Shown here: positions 37,062 through 48,500 of the stretch, piece by piece
How the letters are laid out: every line of letters starts with the position of its first letter
Position numbering within the stretch: position 1 is the first letter of the stretch
Position numbers and translations under genes: made by a program
Source: Chloropicon primus
Taxonomy: Eukaryota
Direction: 5' to 3'
Assembly: GCA_023205875.1 (NCBI GenBank)
Contig: CP060758.1
Span: 186,001 to 250,000 of the forward strand
DNA length: 64,000 nucleotides
Notes under the pieces: generated by a model
What the model saw: only the letters and a program-made list of their open reading frames with translations
Databases searched by the model: none
What the model was told of the DNA's origin: nothing

Positions 37062-38500
37062 ATGAGGGTGGCGTTGGGTCTGTCACCGGTGAGGACGAGT
37101 GCGGGGAGGAGGGCGCAAGTCTCGTGCGGGAGCAGCATTGGCAGTGACAAAAAGCTCATCGTGGTGGGAGGAGGTGCAGCAGGGTAAGCGGTTCGCCAGG
37201 GACAGTCCTTGATTCACAAAATCAAACCAGTGGACTGACAGGTTCTCCCCTCTCCATCATCGTGGTATCATCGTGGCCCGTTGCCAGCTACTTTGCTGCC
37301 ATAACCGCCAAGCGAGAAGCACGGAGTGGGGACTTGGACGTCTGCATTGTGGAGCAGGGCAAGTCGCTTGAGAAGGTGAGGATCTCGGGCGGCGGGCGCT
37401 GCAACGTCACGAACGTCGAGGCGGAGCCACTTTCTCTCTCATCGCACTACCCGCGCGGGCACAAGGAGCTCAGGGGCGCGTTCTTTCGCGAGTTCAGCAC
37501 AGCGGACACCTTCGAGTGGTTCGAGTCGAGGGGGGTCCCCCTCAAGGTCGAGAAAGATGGAAGGATTTTTCCTCAGAGCGACTCGTCCTCATCGGTCATC
37601 GATTGCTTGCAGAGGGAAGCGCGTGAGTTGGATGTCGAGCTGATCGAGGGAAGAGCGGTGACCCAAGTGAATCGGGTCGGGGAGAACTTTGACGTCGTTG
37701 TCAAAGGGGAAGACAGACCCATGAACTCTGAACTTTTGCTCCTGGCAACGGGAAGCTCGCGCACTGGGTGGAGAATTGCGAGTGGCTTGGGCCACACCAT
37801 TGTGGATCCCAAGCCTAGCCTCTTCACGTTCAAAATTCCGGACAACGGGAACTGGAAAGCCCTCGCAGGGATCAGTTTGCAGGACTGTTGCTGCGTTCTC
37901 ACGGCGGGGGGAGGCGCTAAGTTTGAGCAAAGGGGACCGATGCTGATTACACACTGGGGTGTGTCGGGACCCGCGATCCTCAAGCTTTCTGCGTGGGCGG
38001 CCCGTGCTTTGGGCTCAAACTCGTACACAGCTGAGTTGAATTTGGACTTGTGCCCACAGGTGCCTGTCGAGGAACTCACCTCGGAGATCTTGAGAATGAA
38101 GAAGCTGAAGAACAAAGCGTTCTCGTCCTTGCCGCTGTCGATGAAAGAAACGTCGTTTCCTCGTCGACTTTGGGGCTACCTCCTCTCTAGGCAGAAGATT
38201 CCGGAGGACGCGAGATTCTCGGAACTGAAGGACAAGACCTTGCGAAAGGTCGCCCTCGATTGCAAGCGCCTCGCGCTGCCCGTTCAGGGGAAAGGGCCGT
38301 TCAAGGAGGAGTTTGTCACTTCCGGCGGGGTCGACCTCCGTGAAGTGGACCTCAAAACAATGCGATCAAAGAAGATCAATGGGCTGTACTTTGGTGGCGA
38401 GGTCCTCAACATTGACGGGGAAACTGGCGGATTTAACTTTCAGTCCGCTTGGACTTCGGGGTTCCTCGCAGGCAAAGACCTCGCGAAGCGAGTGTCCTAA
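37062..38500 (+). CDS. HI0933/BaiN/YhiN-family flavoprotein, probably organelle-targeted; 2 exons (37062-37183, 37288-38500)
   Basis: Splicing rebuilds IVVGGGAAGYFAA; KVRISGGGRCNVTN, LITHWGVSGPAIL, FVTSGGV and TGGFNFQSAW motifs. Confidence 0.92.
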
Positions 38501-38704
38501 GCAAAACGAATGAATCTTCATGACCTTGTGCGTTTGATTGATCCAGTTCTCCTCTAGTAGGCGCCAAACGAGCCAAGGCAAGATCTCCATCTCCATCCAA
38601 AGGTCTTGAGACTGAGGCAAAACGTACTCTCCCAACAACCTCTTTGTCCTCCATCAATCCAAACCTCCCTCCCTGTGTCTGCAGATCCCAGTTGTTCGGA
38701 GGTC

Positions 38705-39060
38705 ATGGCGACCAAGGGGTTTGTGTCTCGTTCCGCGAGAGCGGAGCGGCAGGACGACAAGTCGAGGAAGGGGAGCGTCGACTTGCCCATCCGAGACCTC
38801 GTGTCTGACATCAACTCCTACGGAAGGGAAACCGTCTTCACGACTTCGTCCTGCTCGGGCCGAGTGTCCCTGGTGTCAGAACTCACCAAAGGCAAGCGGA
38901 CCAAAGGTGATGCCAAGTGGGTGCTCATGAGTCACGAACCTATCGGGGGAGACGAGATCGTCCAAGCGATCGAGAAGTATCTCGCGGAGGCCGACACGTC
39001 CCTCCAGACTCTGACCTTGCGGTAAGTTTGTGCAGCAACGAACCGCATTGGGGGGTTCCA

Positions 39061-39109
<49 letters not shown>

Positions 39110-40609
39110 GAGCTAACTTTTCTTTTGGTTTGGTTATTTGTGTGACGCAGGTTCGAGCCCTTCATCCTGGCCATGGAGTGCGCCCAGCTTGAGGTGGCCT
39201 CCGCATTGCTCAAGGTAGGCAGGGATGCTGGCTTCAGGGAGAGTGGGATCCAAATAGGGAAGAGGATCACACTTTCTATCCGGTGTTCCATCCGGTTGGA
39301 GCTCCCAGTGTGCAAGAACGGGAGGCAGCTGGTCACGAAGGAATACATTCACGAGTTGGCTGAGTTGTGCGATGAGAAGTTCGACGAGAACTTCCAACGG
39401 ATCGACCGCTTTCACCGCCTTCTCAAGCCCAAGCTCGAGAAGCTCTGTGCGACGAGGCGAGACTCGGAGAGCAGGCACGAGGGTGGAGGCACCAGGGCTC
39501 TGGTCGCGCAGAGGCGGGACGCCAAGGCGCTGAAGGATCTTCTGAAGGCCAAAAAGTGGCTGAATCAGAGCATCAGACCTGCGGCAGAGGGAGGAAAGAT
39601 CGCATTCCCCGTGACGAGTGACTTTGAAGACGCGAGCGTCGAGGAGTTGAAGAAGGCCCTTGGCATCGATCTTGAGCTGATTACCCTGGATGAAGTTGAG
39701 GACTCAAACAAAGCGGTGAGCCCCTACGAGGTGCTGAGAAGGAAAGTCAGGGACTCTGTGCCAGCCGAAATAGCGGAAGAGCTCCTGGTGGACTTGCCTC
39801 GCAAGTGGGAGAGGCTGGGGGACGCTCTTCTGGTTCCAAAGAATTCTTTGGTGCACGAGTTTTGGCGAGACCCTGAGCGCTCCAGGAGCCTTTGGCCCAT
39901 GGTCGCCCGGACGCTGAACTGCAAAAAGATTGGGAGGCAGAGGGAGGTCCAAGACAACGAGATAAGGGAGTCTTCCGCGGAGCTGCTGTGGCCACGAGAG
40001 GGCGCGGACGGCTGGGTGAAGCACTTGGAGAACGGCATCTTTTACAGTTTCGATTTCACCAAGTGCATGTTTTCTTCCGGTAATGGCACAGAAAAGCTGA
40101 GGGTCGCCGGCTTTCCTTGCAAGGATGAGGTCGTCCTTGACATGTTTGCTGGGATTGGTTACTTCACTCTGCCCTACCTCGTCAAGGCCGGGGCCAAGCA
40201 CCTGTACGCTTGCGAGTGGAACCCAGTTGCAGTCAGTGCGCTGAAGAAAAATTTGAGACTGAACGGTTGCGAGGACAGGTGCACGGTACTGGAGGGGAAC
40301 TGCGCCGCGAAAGCCCCCGTGGGCGTGGCCCACAGGGTCAACCTCGGGCTCATTCCCGACAGCTCCCTGGCCTGGGATGCGGCCGTTCGGTCCCTCGTTC
40401 CGGAGGGGGGATGGCTGCACGTACACACGAATTGTGGGTCCTCCAAGGAGGAAATCGATGAAGCCGTGGAGAAGATGAGGACGCGATTTGTGGAGCTGGC
40501 TCGGGAATCGGGAAGAGAGGACGCCAAAGTCGAACTCGGTCACGTCGAGAAGGTCAAGAGCTACGCGCCCAAAGTCTTGCACGTCGTTGTCGACCTCTTG
40601 CTACGATAA
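38705..40609 (+). CDS. tRNA wybutosine biosynthesis fusion TYW3-TYW2; 2 exons (38705-39021, 39151-40609)
   Basis: TYW3 motifs DKSRKGSVD, TTSSCSGR, RFEPFIL and AGFRESGI; TYW2/Met-10+ motifs KCMFSSGNGTEKLR, LDMFAGIGYFTLP, HRVNLGLIP and VKSYAP. Confidence 0.9.
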
Positions 40610-40702
40610 ATGTTAATTCTATTCTTGTGCGCAACCAACCACTAGTTATCTATTCACTGATGATGATTGTTTTTGGTCTCTCCGGTTGAGCCCTTTCCCT
40701 TT

Positions 40703-40909
40703 CGGGCAGGGATGATAGAACACCGCCCGTCCATCGTTTCTCCATCCATCCCTCCATCCTTCCTCAACCTCAACCTTGCGTGTGCCGCTCTCCACGTCAG
40801 GCAATACAACAGAGAAAATCAAGTTCCAACGAAAGTGGTGACGGTGCCAAGGGCTGAGCAGAGGACAGAGCGACAATTGACACGGGCAGGGATGATAGAA
40901 CACCGCCCG
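40703..40909. repeat. Two identical 27-bp hairpin-forming direct repeats, 180 bp apart
   Basis: cgggcagggatgatagaacaccgcccg at 40703-40729 and 40883-40909. Confidence 0.9.
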
Positions 40910-41066
40910 CGGGGCCACCTTGCCTCCCCGCTTCAGCATCAACGTCCTCGTTGCTCTCCATCCCTCCATCCTTGAGCCGTTATCATTATCAATGTCTTGG
41001 AGGAATTTGAAAATGTTTCCTTTTCCGGAAGGGAACGTTGAGGGAGGAGGGGGAACAGATAGAAAG

Positions 41067-42474
41067 ATGGGAGGCAAGGCGAGCAAGAGCGCTGCGGCGT
41101 CCAAGAAGACCAAGAAGAAGGAAGGTGAGTGGCATCAGACCCCAAAAGATTCAATCTTGGAACCATCTTGGTGAACCCTTCAGTTAGGAAAAAGGTTTCA
41201 AAGTGGAGTGAAGTTGGAAAGGTCGAAACACCTTTGGATGACCCAAGTTGAGGTCCACCTCGGGTCAGGGACGGGGCTCGGCCTTTCTCTGTCCCGATCC
41301 GCCCGACCCTCTCTCTCTCTCTCTCTCGCCGTCTCTCCTCCATCACACCTCCACCTTCTCAAAGGTGGCGCCTTTGGAGGCTTCGAGCTCGGCGCACCTT
41401 TCAAGTCTCTTGGCCTTTGACGCTGTGTCTGACTCTTGTGCCTTGGTGTTTGTCTTTGGCGTCAACAGGTCCAGCGGTTGGAGAGAGGGAGCCCGAGTCT
41501 CGGCGAGAGAATGAAGCATGGAAGACGCCAACGAGGCTACAGGTGGACGATACGGGGAACAAGACTCTGACGCCGAACTCCAGCACTGGGGACCTCGTCA
41601 GCTTGTCTCCAACCTCTGAAACCAAAATAGAAAAGATGGTGAGTTGAGTCACAGGTGTGGCACTTGGCAATTGTGCCATCGGTTCACTGACTGACACGAT
41701 CTTCCCCGCCAATCAATCCCCTCAGGACTTGGAAGTGCAAGAGAAGCAGCGCAACCAGGAAGTTGTGCCTATGGCGAACCTGGACACGTGCGTCGACGTC
41801 TTGGAAGTTGCCGAGGAGCTCGCTATAGACAGGCCCAAGCCACCGATAGGTAAGTGAAAGCGAGTGGACGACATTTAATGCCTCGCGCGAAGGTTGTCGC
41901 AAGCAACTGACTGACTTTTTGCGATTCTTCTGCAGCCGCCTTCGAGGTCACGACAGAAGCGTCGACCACGTCGGAGCGACCGGAGACCGAGCCGGCTGCG
42001 CCGAGGGCGAAGGAGGGGAAAGCGGCGCTTCCCCAGCTCAAGTTGGCGCCCAAGAGGCTGAACGACATCAGCAACATTGTTGAGAACCAGTCCCAACCCA
42101 AAATGGGTCGAGGCCCGGATGCGAAGGCTGCCGCGAGGAACGTGAGCCAAACCCCGTCCCCTTCCTCGTATAGGAACATAGGATACGTGAGCGCGAGCCC
42201 CACGCCCACGAAGCAGCACGCAGACCACGCTCACGAACATGTGCTGCAGCTAACACCAGCACCAGAGTCTGCTCTGGGCGGGAACCACCTCTCTGCGAGG
42301 GACTCGCCCGCGTACCTCATGGAGGAGAACCTGAGCAGCAAAGCTTTGTTCGACCAGGACCCAGCGGGCGTCCTCGCCAAAATGGGCCCGGCCTCGCCCG
42401 CTCCGGTCTTCAAGAGCGTCCTGGACGCAACTGACGAGTCCTTGATGCAGGCAATCTTGGACGCAGAAGTGTAG
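41067..42474 (+). CDS. Hypothetical 296-aa protein with N-myristoylation motif and polybasic patch; 4 exons (41067-41124, 41469-41638, 41726-41849, 41936-42474)
   Basis: MGGKASKSAAASKKTKKKEG; three GT-AG introns with consistent phases (1,0,1) give 891 nt in frame. Confidence 0.7.
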
Positions 42475-42653
42475 CTTACATAAGGCGCTTGCGAGGGGTT
42501 GTGTTGCAGAGAGTTTGGATGTTTTGTTATTGTTGGGAAGAGAAAATCATCTGACTCTTCTTCGTTAGAAAAACTTTCGATATGTTATACTAGGATTACA
42601 CTCATTCCTTTTTTCTGTCGTACTTTCCATCGCGCAGTGTGCTTCTTTCTGGT

Positions 42654-43289
42654 TTACTTCTTGGAAGGTCTAACTTGCTTCACAAGCCACTCCATGCCGT
42701 CCTGAAGCCCCTCCCCCGTCTTCGCCGAGCACGCTTGGATCTGCCACGGTCTGTCGCGGATCGAGTAAAGGTTCAGTCCATCAGCAACCTCGTTGGGAGA
42801 CAGAGCAGTCACCAGGTCCTGCTTGTTGGCCAGAACGATGACAGGAACACCGCTCAGCTTGTCCTCCTCGAGGAGGTCTGCTAGCTCCAAACCAGTCTCC
42901 TCAATCCTCTTCCTGTCCGCGCTGTCGATGACGTAGACCATGGCATCCGTCTGCTCAAAGTAGTTCCTCCAGTACGGCCTGATCGCCTTCTGTCCACCGA
43001 TGTCCCACACGTTCAGCTTGAAACCGTCATGGTTCAGCGATTTGATGTTGAAGCCCTGAGTTGGAGTGATCGTGCTGATATCGTCATCAGACAGCTTCTT
43101 GAGGACGGTCGTTTTCCCTGCATTGTCCAGACCTAGGACAAGGATACGTGCCTGTAATGAGCAAAGGCCGAGGCAAACTCATGAGTCAGGATGAATCCAT
43201 GGTCTTGAGTTGTGGTATATGTCATAATGTATGGAACTCACCTCTCCCTCCGTTCTTTTGAGCTTTCTAAGCAACGACAACAAGCCCAT
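42654..43289 (-). CDS. ARL3: ADP-ribosylation factor-like GTPase 3; 2 exons (43289-43242, 43151-42654)
   Basis: [50 protein letters not shown] and CSAK; 181 aa. Confidence 0.93.
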
Positions 43290-43472
43290 CTTCGAGGACA
43301 AGACAAAACTTGCAAACAAGTTATGAGCGCTACGTTCGTTGGAACCAAAGATGAAGATGCGTGTCCGTCTTCGTGGAACCCAAGTGTACACAGGGCTTCC
43401 GTGATGCTCTCGTCTCCTTGGCGTCCTGACTGGTTCTTGGGTTCTTGGAAAATGCAAGCACGGAGGGGAGGT

Positions 43473-44539
43473 CTTCAACGATCAGAATTCGAAGGACGAG
43501 GCACTATACTCGCGAATTCAGAGATAAGGAGAAGACCTCGACGACGACGAGGAGGGGAGTTCATGGTGGCTTGTTTGGGACGATGGCGTGTCTCTCCACG
43601 ACTCGCTTGTGATGGATGCCTGTGCTTGACTTGTGTTAGGTTGTCCTTGGAATGAGGACGGATGACCCAGGAGAAGAACCAGTTCGGTTTCACCTTCAGC
43701 GATCAGAATTCGAAGGACGAGGCACTATACTCGCGAATTCAGAGAGAAGGAGAAGACCTCGACGACGAGGAGGAGGGGAGTTCATGGTGGCTTGTTTGGG
43801 ACGATGGCGTGTCTCTCCACGACTCGCTTGTGATGGATGCCTGTGCTTGACTTGTGTTAGGTTGTCCTTGGAATGAGGACGGATGACCCAGGAGAAGAAC
43901 CAGTTCGGTTTCACCTTCAGCGATCAGAATTCGAAGGACGAGGCACTATACTCGCGAATTCAGAGATAAGGAGAAGACCTCGACGACGAGGAGGAGGGGA
44001 GTTCATGGTGGCTTGTTTGGGACGATGGCGTGTCTCTCCACGACTCGCTTGTGATGGATGCCTGTGCTTGACTTGTGTTAGGTTGTCCTTGGAATGAGGA
44101 CGGATGATCCAGGAGAAGAACCAGTTCGGTTTCACCTTCAGCGATCAGAATTCGAAGGACGAGGCACTATACTCGCGAATTCAGAGAGAAGGAGAAGACC
44201 TCGACGAGGAGGAGGGGAGTTCATGGTGGCTTGTTTGGGACGATGGCGTGTCTCTCCACGACTCGCTTGTGATGGATGCCTGTGCTTGACTTGTGTTAGG
44301 TTGTCCTTGGAATGAGGACGGATGACCCAGGAGAAGAACCAGTTCGGTTTCACCTTCAGCGATCAGAATTCGAAGGACGAGGCACTATACTCGCGAATTC
44401 AGAGAGAAGGAGAAGACCTCGACGACGAGGAGGAGGGGAGTTCATGGTGGCTTGTTTGGGACGATGGCGTGTCTCTCCAGGACTCGCTTGTGATGGATGC
44501 CTGTGCTTGACTTGTGTTAGGTTGTCCTTGGAATGAGGA
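43473..44539. repeat. Non-coding tandem array, ~4.8 x 221 bp
   Basis: Unit starts at 43473, 43694, 43915, 44136 and 44354; only a few SNPs and one 3-bp indel between copies. Confidence 0.96.
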
Positions 44540-44703
44540 TGCTTTAGGAGGACGAGTTGGGCTTCTTCGTGCGTTAAAAAAAGAAGGTAGATTGGTATTG
44601 ACACGAAGACAAATTAATGGATTGATCGAGTGTGCGCTCGAGCAAGTGGATGGGCGCTATAGAAATCTAAATCCACTTAAACTCTCAAAAGGAGGAGGGG
44701 GTC

Positions 44704-45139
44704 TCAATAGCCGAGGTCCTTGACGGACTTGCCCTCGCACTTCTTCAGCTCTCCCCTCAATTCGCTCTTTCCGCTTCCGGAGCCCCTGTGGTCAGCGGTC
44801 GACATGGGCTAGTTGTGATGAAGATGGTGATGATATGAAGAAGAAGAAGATGATGATGATGATGATGAAGTTGAAGTCGTTAGAAGACGAGAACGAGAGA
44901 TTCGGGGGAGGGGCGCCGTACCTTGATCTTCTTCGAGCCCTTCTTCGCGTCGAGGGCGGCCGCGTTCACGGCAGCACGGGATCCAGTATCTAAAAAAAGA
45001 AACAAAAAAGATTAATCAAAAACAAAATCGTTCGTTTTTCAGTTCAATTTTCTTTCGACTCACGAAGGCGGAGACGGAAAGCGCGACGACGAGACCCTGT
45101 CGAGGACTCCCATCTGCGTGACTTACGCGCGTCGACCAT
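44704..45139 (-). CDS. Predicted 61-aa hydrophilic microprotein; 3 exons (45139-45127, 44989-44922, 44808-44704)
   Basis: GTAAGT and GTACGG donors, TAG acceptors and a CTAAC in intron 2 give MVDAHTGSRAAVNAAALDAKKGSKKIKPMSTADHRGSGSGKSELRGELKKCEGKSVKDLGY*, with GC3-rich codons. Confidence 0.65.
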
Positions 45140-45514
45140 CTTCCTCTCTCTTTCTCGGTTCCTCTTTGCTCTCTGTTTTGCTCTTGTTTGCTCTGTTTGC
45201 GTCGCTTCTCTGCTACAGCTTGACACATCAGCTGGATGAGGATGATGGAATCACGTGCGTGCGTGGGTTGGGCGAGGGGACCAATGACCAATGAGTGGTG
45301 ATGATGGTTCATGCAAACCCATGACTCAAGATCAATCCCTCCCCCGCCCGATGACCTGCTTACTCTCTTTCTCTCTCTCTCTCTGAGTGTGTGTGCGTGG
45401 GTGGGTGGGACCCCCCAGAACACCACCTCGCGAGTTTCTTTGGCATCCATTCTTGATAGTTGATATAAATACAAAAACAATAGAGAGAATTCGGACTCCT
45501 CTTCGACTTCGACT

Positions 45515-48500
45515 TTAGGTTTGGGTGGTGCCACTGCTGAGGGCGTGCCTGAATTGGCGGACGAGGACGTGGAGGGGCTCCATGGCGACCTTGGCCACGC
45601 TGCTGTTGCTGCTGGCCACCCCAAGAAGCTTGTCCAGCACCGGGATCACACGGTTGGTGTTGTTCGCCCCAACCTTGAACAGGATGTGCAGGATGTACTC
45701 CAGCACCATGACCGACTCCGAGGTGAACTTCTCGATCTCCATGGCTTGGCTCATGCGCCTGGCCAGGACCCGCGAGGACTCCATGTTCTCCTCGAGGTAC
45801 GAGATGACCCTGAGCTTCACCTCGATCAGGTCCAGCAAGATCTCCTGCGCGCAGTACAAGCTCCTTTCCAGGAGGTCTATCGTTACAAGCTGCTTGCCGT
45901 GACTCCTGTGACTCTCCTTCCCCACCCTCTCGAACGCGCCGTCGTCCAGGGACAGCATGTTCTTCAGGCACTCCAAGGTGCTGACCGTGACGCCGAGGAG
46001 GGCTTTGGTGTCCTGGCCGAGGTGCAGATCGTCCGAGAACTGGTGCCCGACGTCTTCCCGCATTTGTTTCACAGCGTCCCGGATGGAGCTGGGCGGCAAA
46101 ACGTCCCAGGCAAGGGAAACGACGTGACCTCTGCACTGCGCCACGAAGAAGGGGTCCACGGGGTTCTGGCCACGGAACAGGTTGCTCAGGGCCGTCATGA
46201 CCAAGCCGGCGACGGGCAGGCTGCTCCTGTTCAGGCAGCTGAAGAGGAGCTTGGAGTGCCTCTCCAAGAATTCCCTGACGTATATCGCGACGTCCCTGCT
46301 GTCCGGAAGGCCCACGAAAATGGCGAGCACGATCTGCAGGACCAGCATGGATATCTCTCGGAGCTGGGTGACCTCGGACTGCGCCCCAGCAATGCTGTCC
46401 AGGGCAGACTCGACGATCTTGCTCGAGGCCAGGGAACGGATCACCCCGGAAGAGGCGAGCATGAGGCACCCTTCCTTGGAGCAAGCGACCTCTAGGAACA
46501 GGGTGAGGACGGCCTTGAATATGTACAGGTCCCTGTTGGGCAGCGCTTGCTGCAAGGAGCTCGCGCTCAAGTGGAAGGACTCCAGGTCCCTCACCAGAGA
46601 GACGATCACTCCGCAGGAGAGGACCTCCTGCAAGATAGTCCCCAGCGGATCCGCCGCGATCAACATGCTGAGCGCGTGCAGCGCAAGGGCTTTGGTGAAG
46701 TAGACCCCGTCGATGATGTCCTGGGAGAAGGCCTGCACCAACCTGGAGGCCTGCTGCTGCATGATGGACATGTTGCCCTGGTCCAGGATCTCGTGCACGC
46801 CATCCAGGTGCTGCAAGGACGAGAAGTGAAACCTTTCATCGAGGTCCTCGTACTTCTCCAGGATGATGGACGGCAGTTCTGGCGTCTTCGTCACCTTCGT
46901 GTGCAGCAAGTAGAAGATCAGGGATCCGTACAGGTACTGGCGGACGACCTTGTCCGCAGGCTTGCTCAGGCAATTGACGAGGACGGTGAAGAACTTGTGG
47001 CAAGACGACACGTCGAGGGTGTCCGAGTTTATGCCCTGGTAAAGGACCCCGGAGGCGATGACATCCTTCGTGTGCTTTAGCACGGAGGCCATGAGGACGT
47101 TTGTCACCCTCGCCAGAGGCTGCGAGAGGTGCACGTTTGAAGTTGCGGACACAAAGTCCAGCCCCTCGAGAGACGCGGTCGCAAACGCGAGCAGGCTCTG
47201 AAAGCCCGTGCAGCCCGTGGGCGCCAGCTGGATCTCCATGGCGGGAATGTTATGCCTGGAGAACGTCACGCTCATGAGCTGCTCCCACGAAGACAGAAGC
47301 TCCTGTATCGCATGCGCTATTTGAGAGAAGACGTTGTAGTTCTGGGCGTACTTCAAAGTCTCCTCCAGAACCTCGTTCGCCCTCGCCCTCTCCTCGCTCT
47401 CGATCCCCCAACCGCAGTTCACCTCCAGGTCCTTGAAGAACCTCGCCAGGATGCTCCCGAGGCTAGGAATGTGGTACACGATCACCCCCCTCTCAGTCAT
47501 CGCTCTGACCCCTCCCTCGGAGACGAGCTCTGGAGCGGAAAGCAGAAGATTCACTTGCATTTGCCTCTGCAAGTGGACCAACCTCATGTCTTGCTTCAGC
47601 GTCGGCTTCTCGAACTGCAAGGCATTCTTGCAGAACTGGAGCGCCATCAGGATCGCGCAGTAGGGCAAGGTGGTCGCGTCGCTCTTGACAGCGTCCCCGA
47701 TCAAGCCCTTGAGGAGCTTCTTGCAATCGTCCTTGCCCTGCTGCACTTCCGTCAGAGACTTGTGAAGGACGTTGGCGTGAATCTGCAGGATCCACTTGAT
47801 TTGCCAGATGTAATAGATCCTGTCCGGCGAATCGTGTGGAATCGGGGAGATCAAGGCCACGTGAAGAACGTCCATGAAGTAGTTGTTCTCCAGAGAGCGC
47901 AGCAATTCCAGGGTCGCGCTGGACGTCGCAGGATCTGACAGAAGATGGCTGAAGAGCTGCAGCATCTGCTCAACCTCTTGTGGCCACGTGCTGTGGCATT
48001 TATACTGGTACAGTGCCTCCGTCATGACCTGCAAGGGGCTGAAGGACATGATGTCGATATGAGTGTTGCTTATCCCGGCCTCGAGGTTGAATCCCAACAG
48101 CAAATGGGTGAGGTTGGGCCCCTGGCGCTTCCCTACCAACGGCCTCAGCAGCAAACTCAGTATCAAGGAAGCTCGCTTGTCTTCCTCCATTACCCTCGAG
48201 TCGTTCGGCGCCTTGATGCTCACGGGCTTGAACAGGGAGTCCTGCAAGCACTCCGCGAACGCGTGCACCAACTGCTGGGTGGATTTTGAGCTGCTGCTCC
48301 CCGAAACTTGGGGAGAAAGCAAGATGCTCACCAGCTCCGGGATCCTGTCCTCGAGAATTTGTGCGATCTGCAAGGCGAGAACCTGGATGGATGGGCTGAA
48401 GTGGTACCTCACGTACCCAAGAATCGTCCAGATGTCCTTGTGTTGCATGTGCATCTCCATGCTCTTGTAGGAACGCGCGTAGGTCGGGCCTACTTGGTTG

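Noticed and set aside
40703..40909. CRISPR-like interpretation of the 27-bp hairpin repeats
   Set aside because: Only two copies, a 153-bp spacer, no cas genes, and a eukaryotic context.
43473..44539. Small ORFs, or a repeated exon/intron unit, within the 221-bp array; also tRNA or 5S identity
   Set aside because: The period is not a multiple of 3; the candidate minus-strand exon has stops in all three frames; no cloverleaf or A/B boxes recognised.
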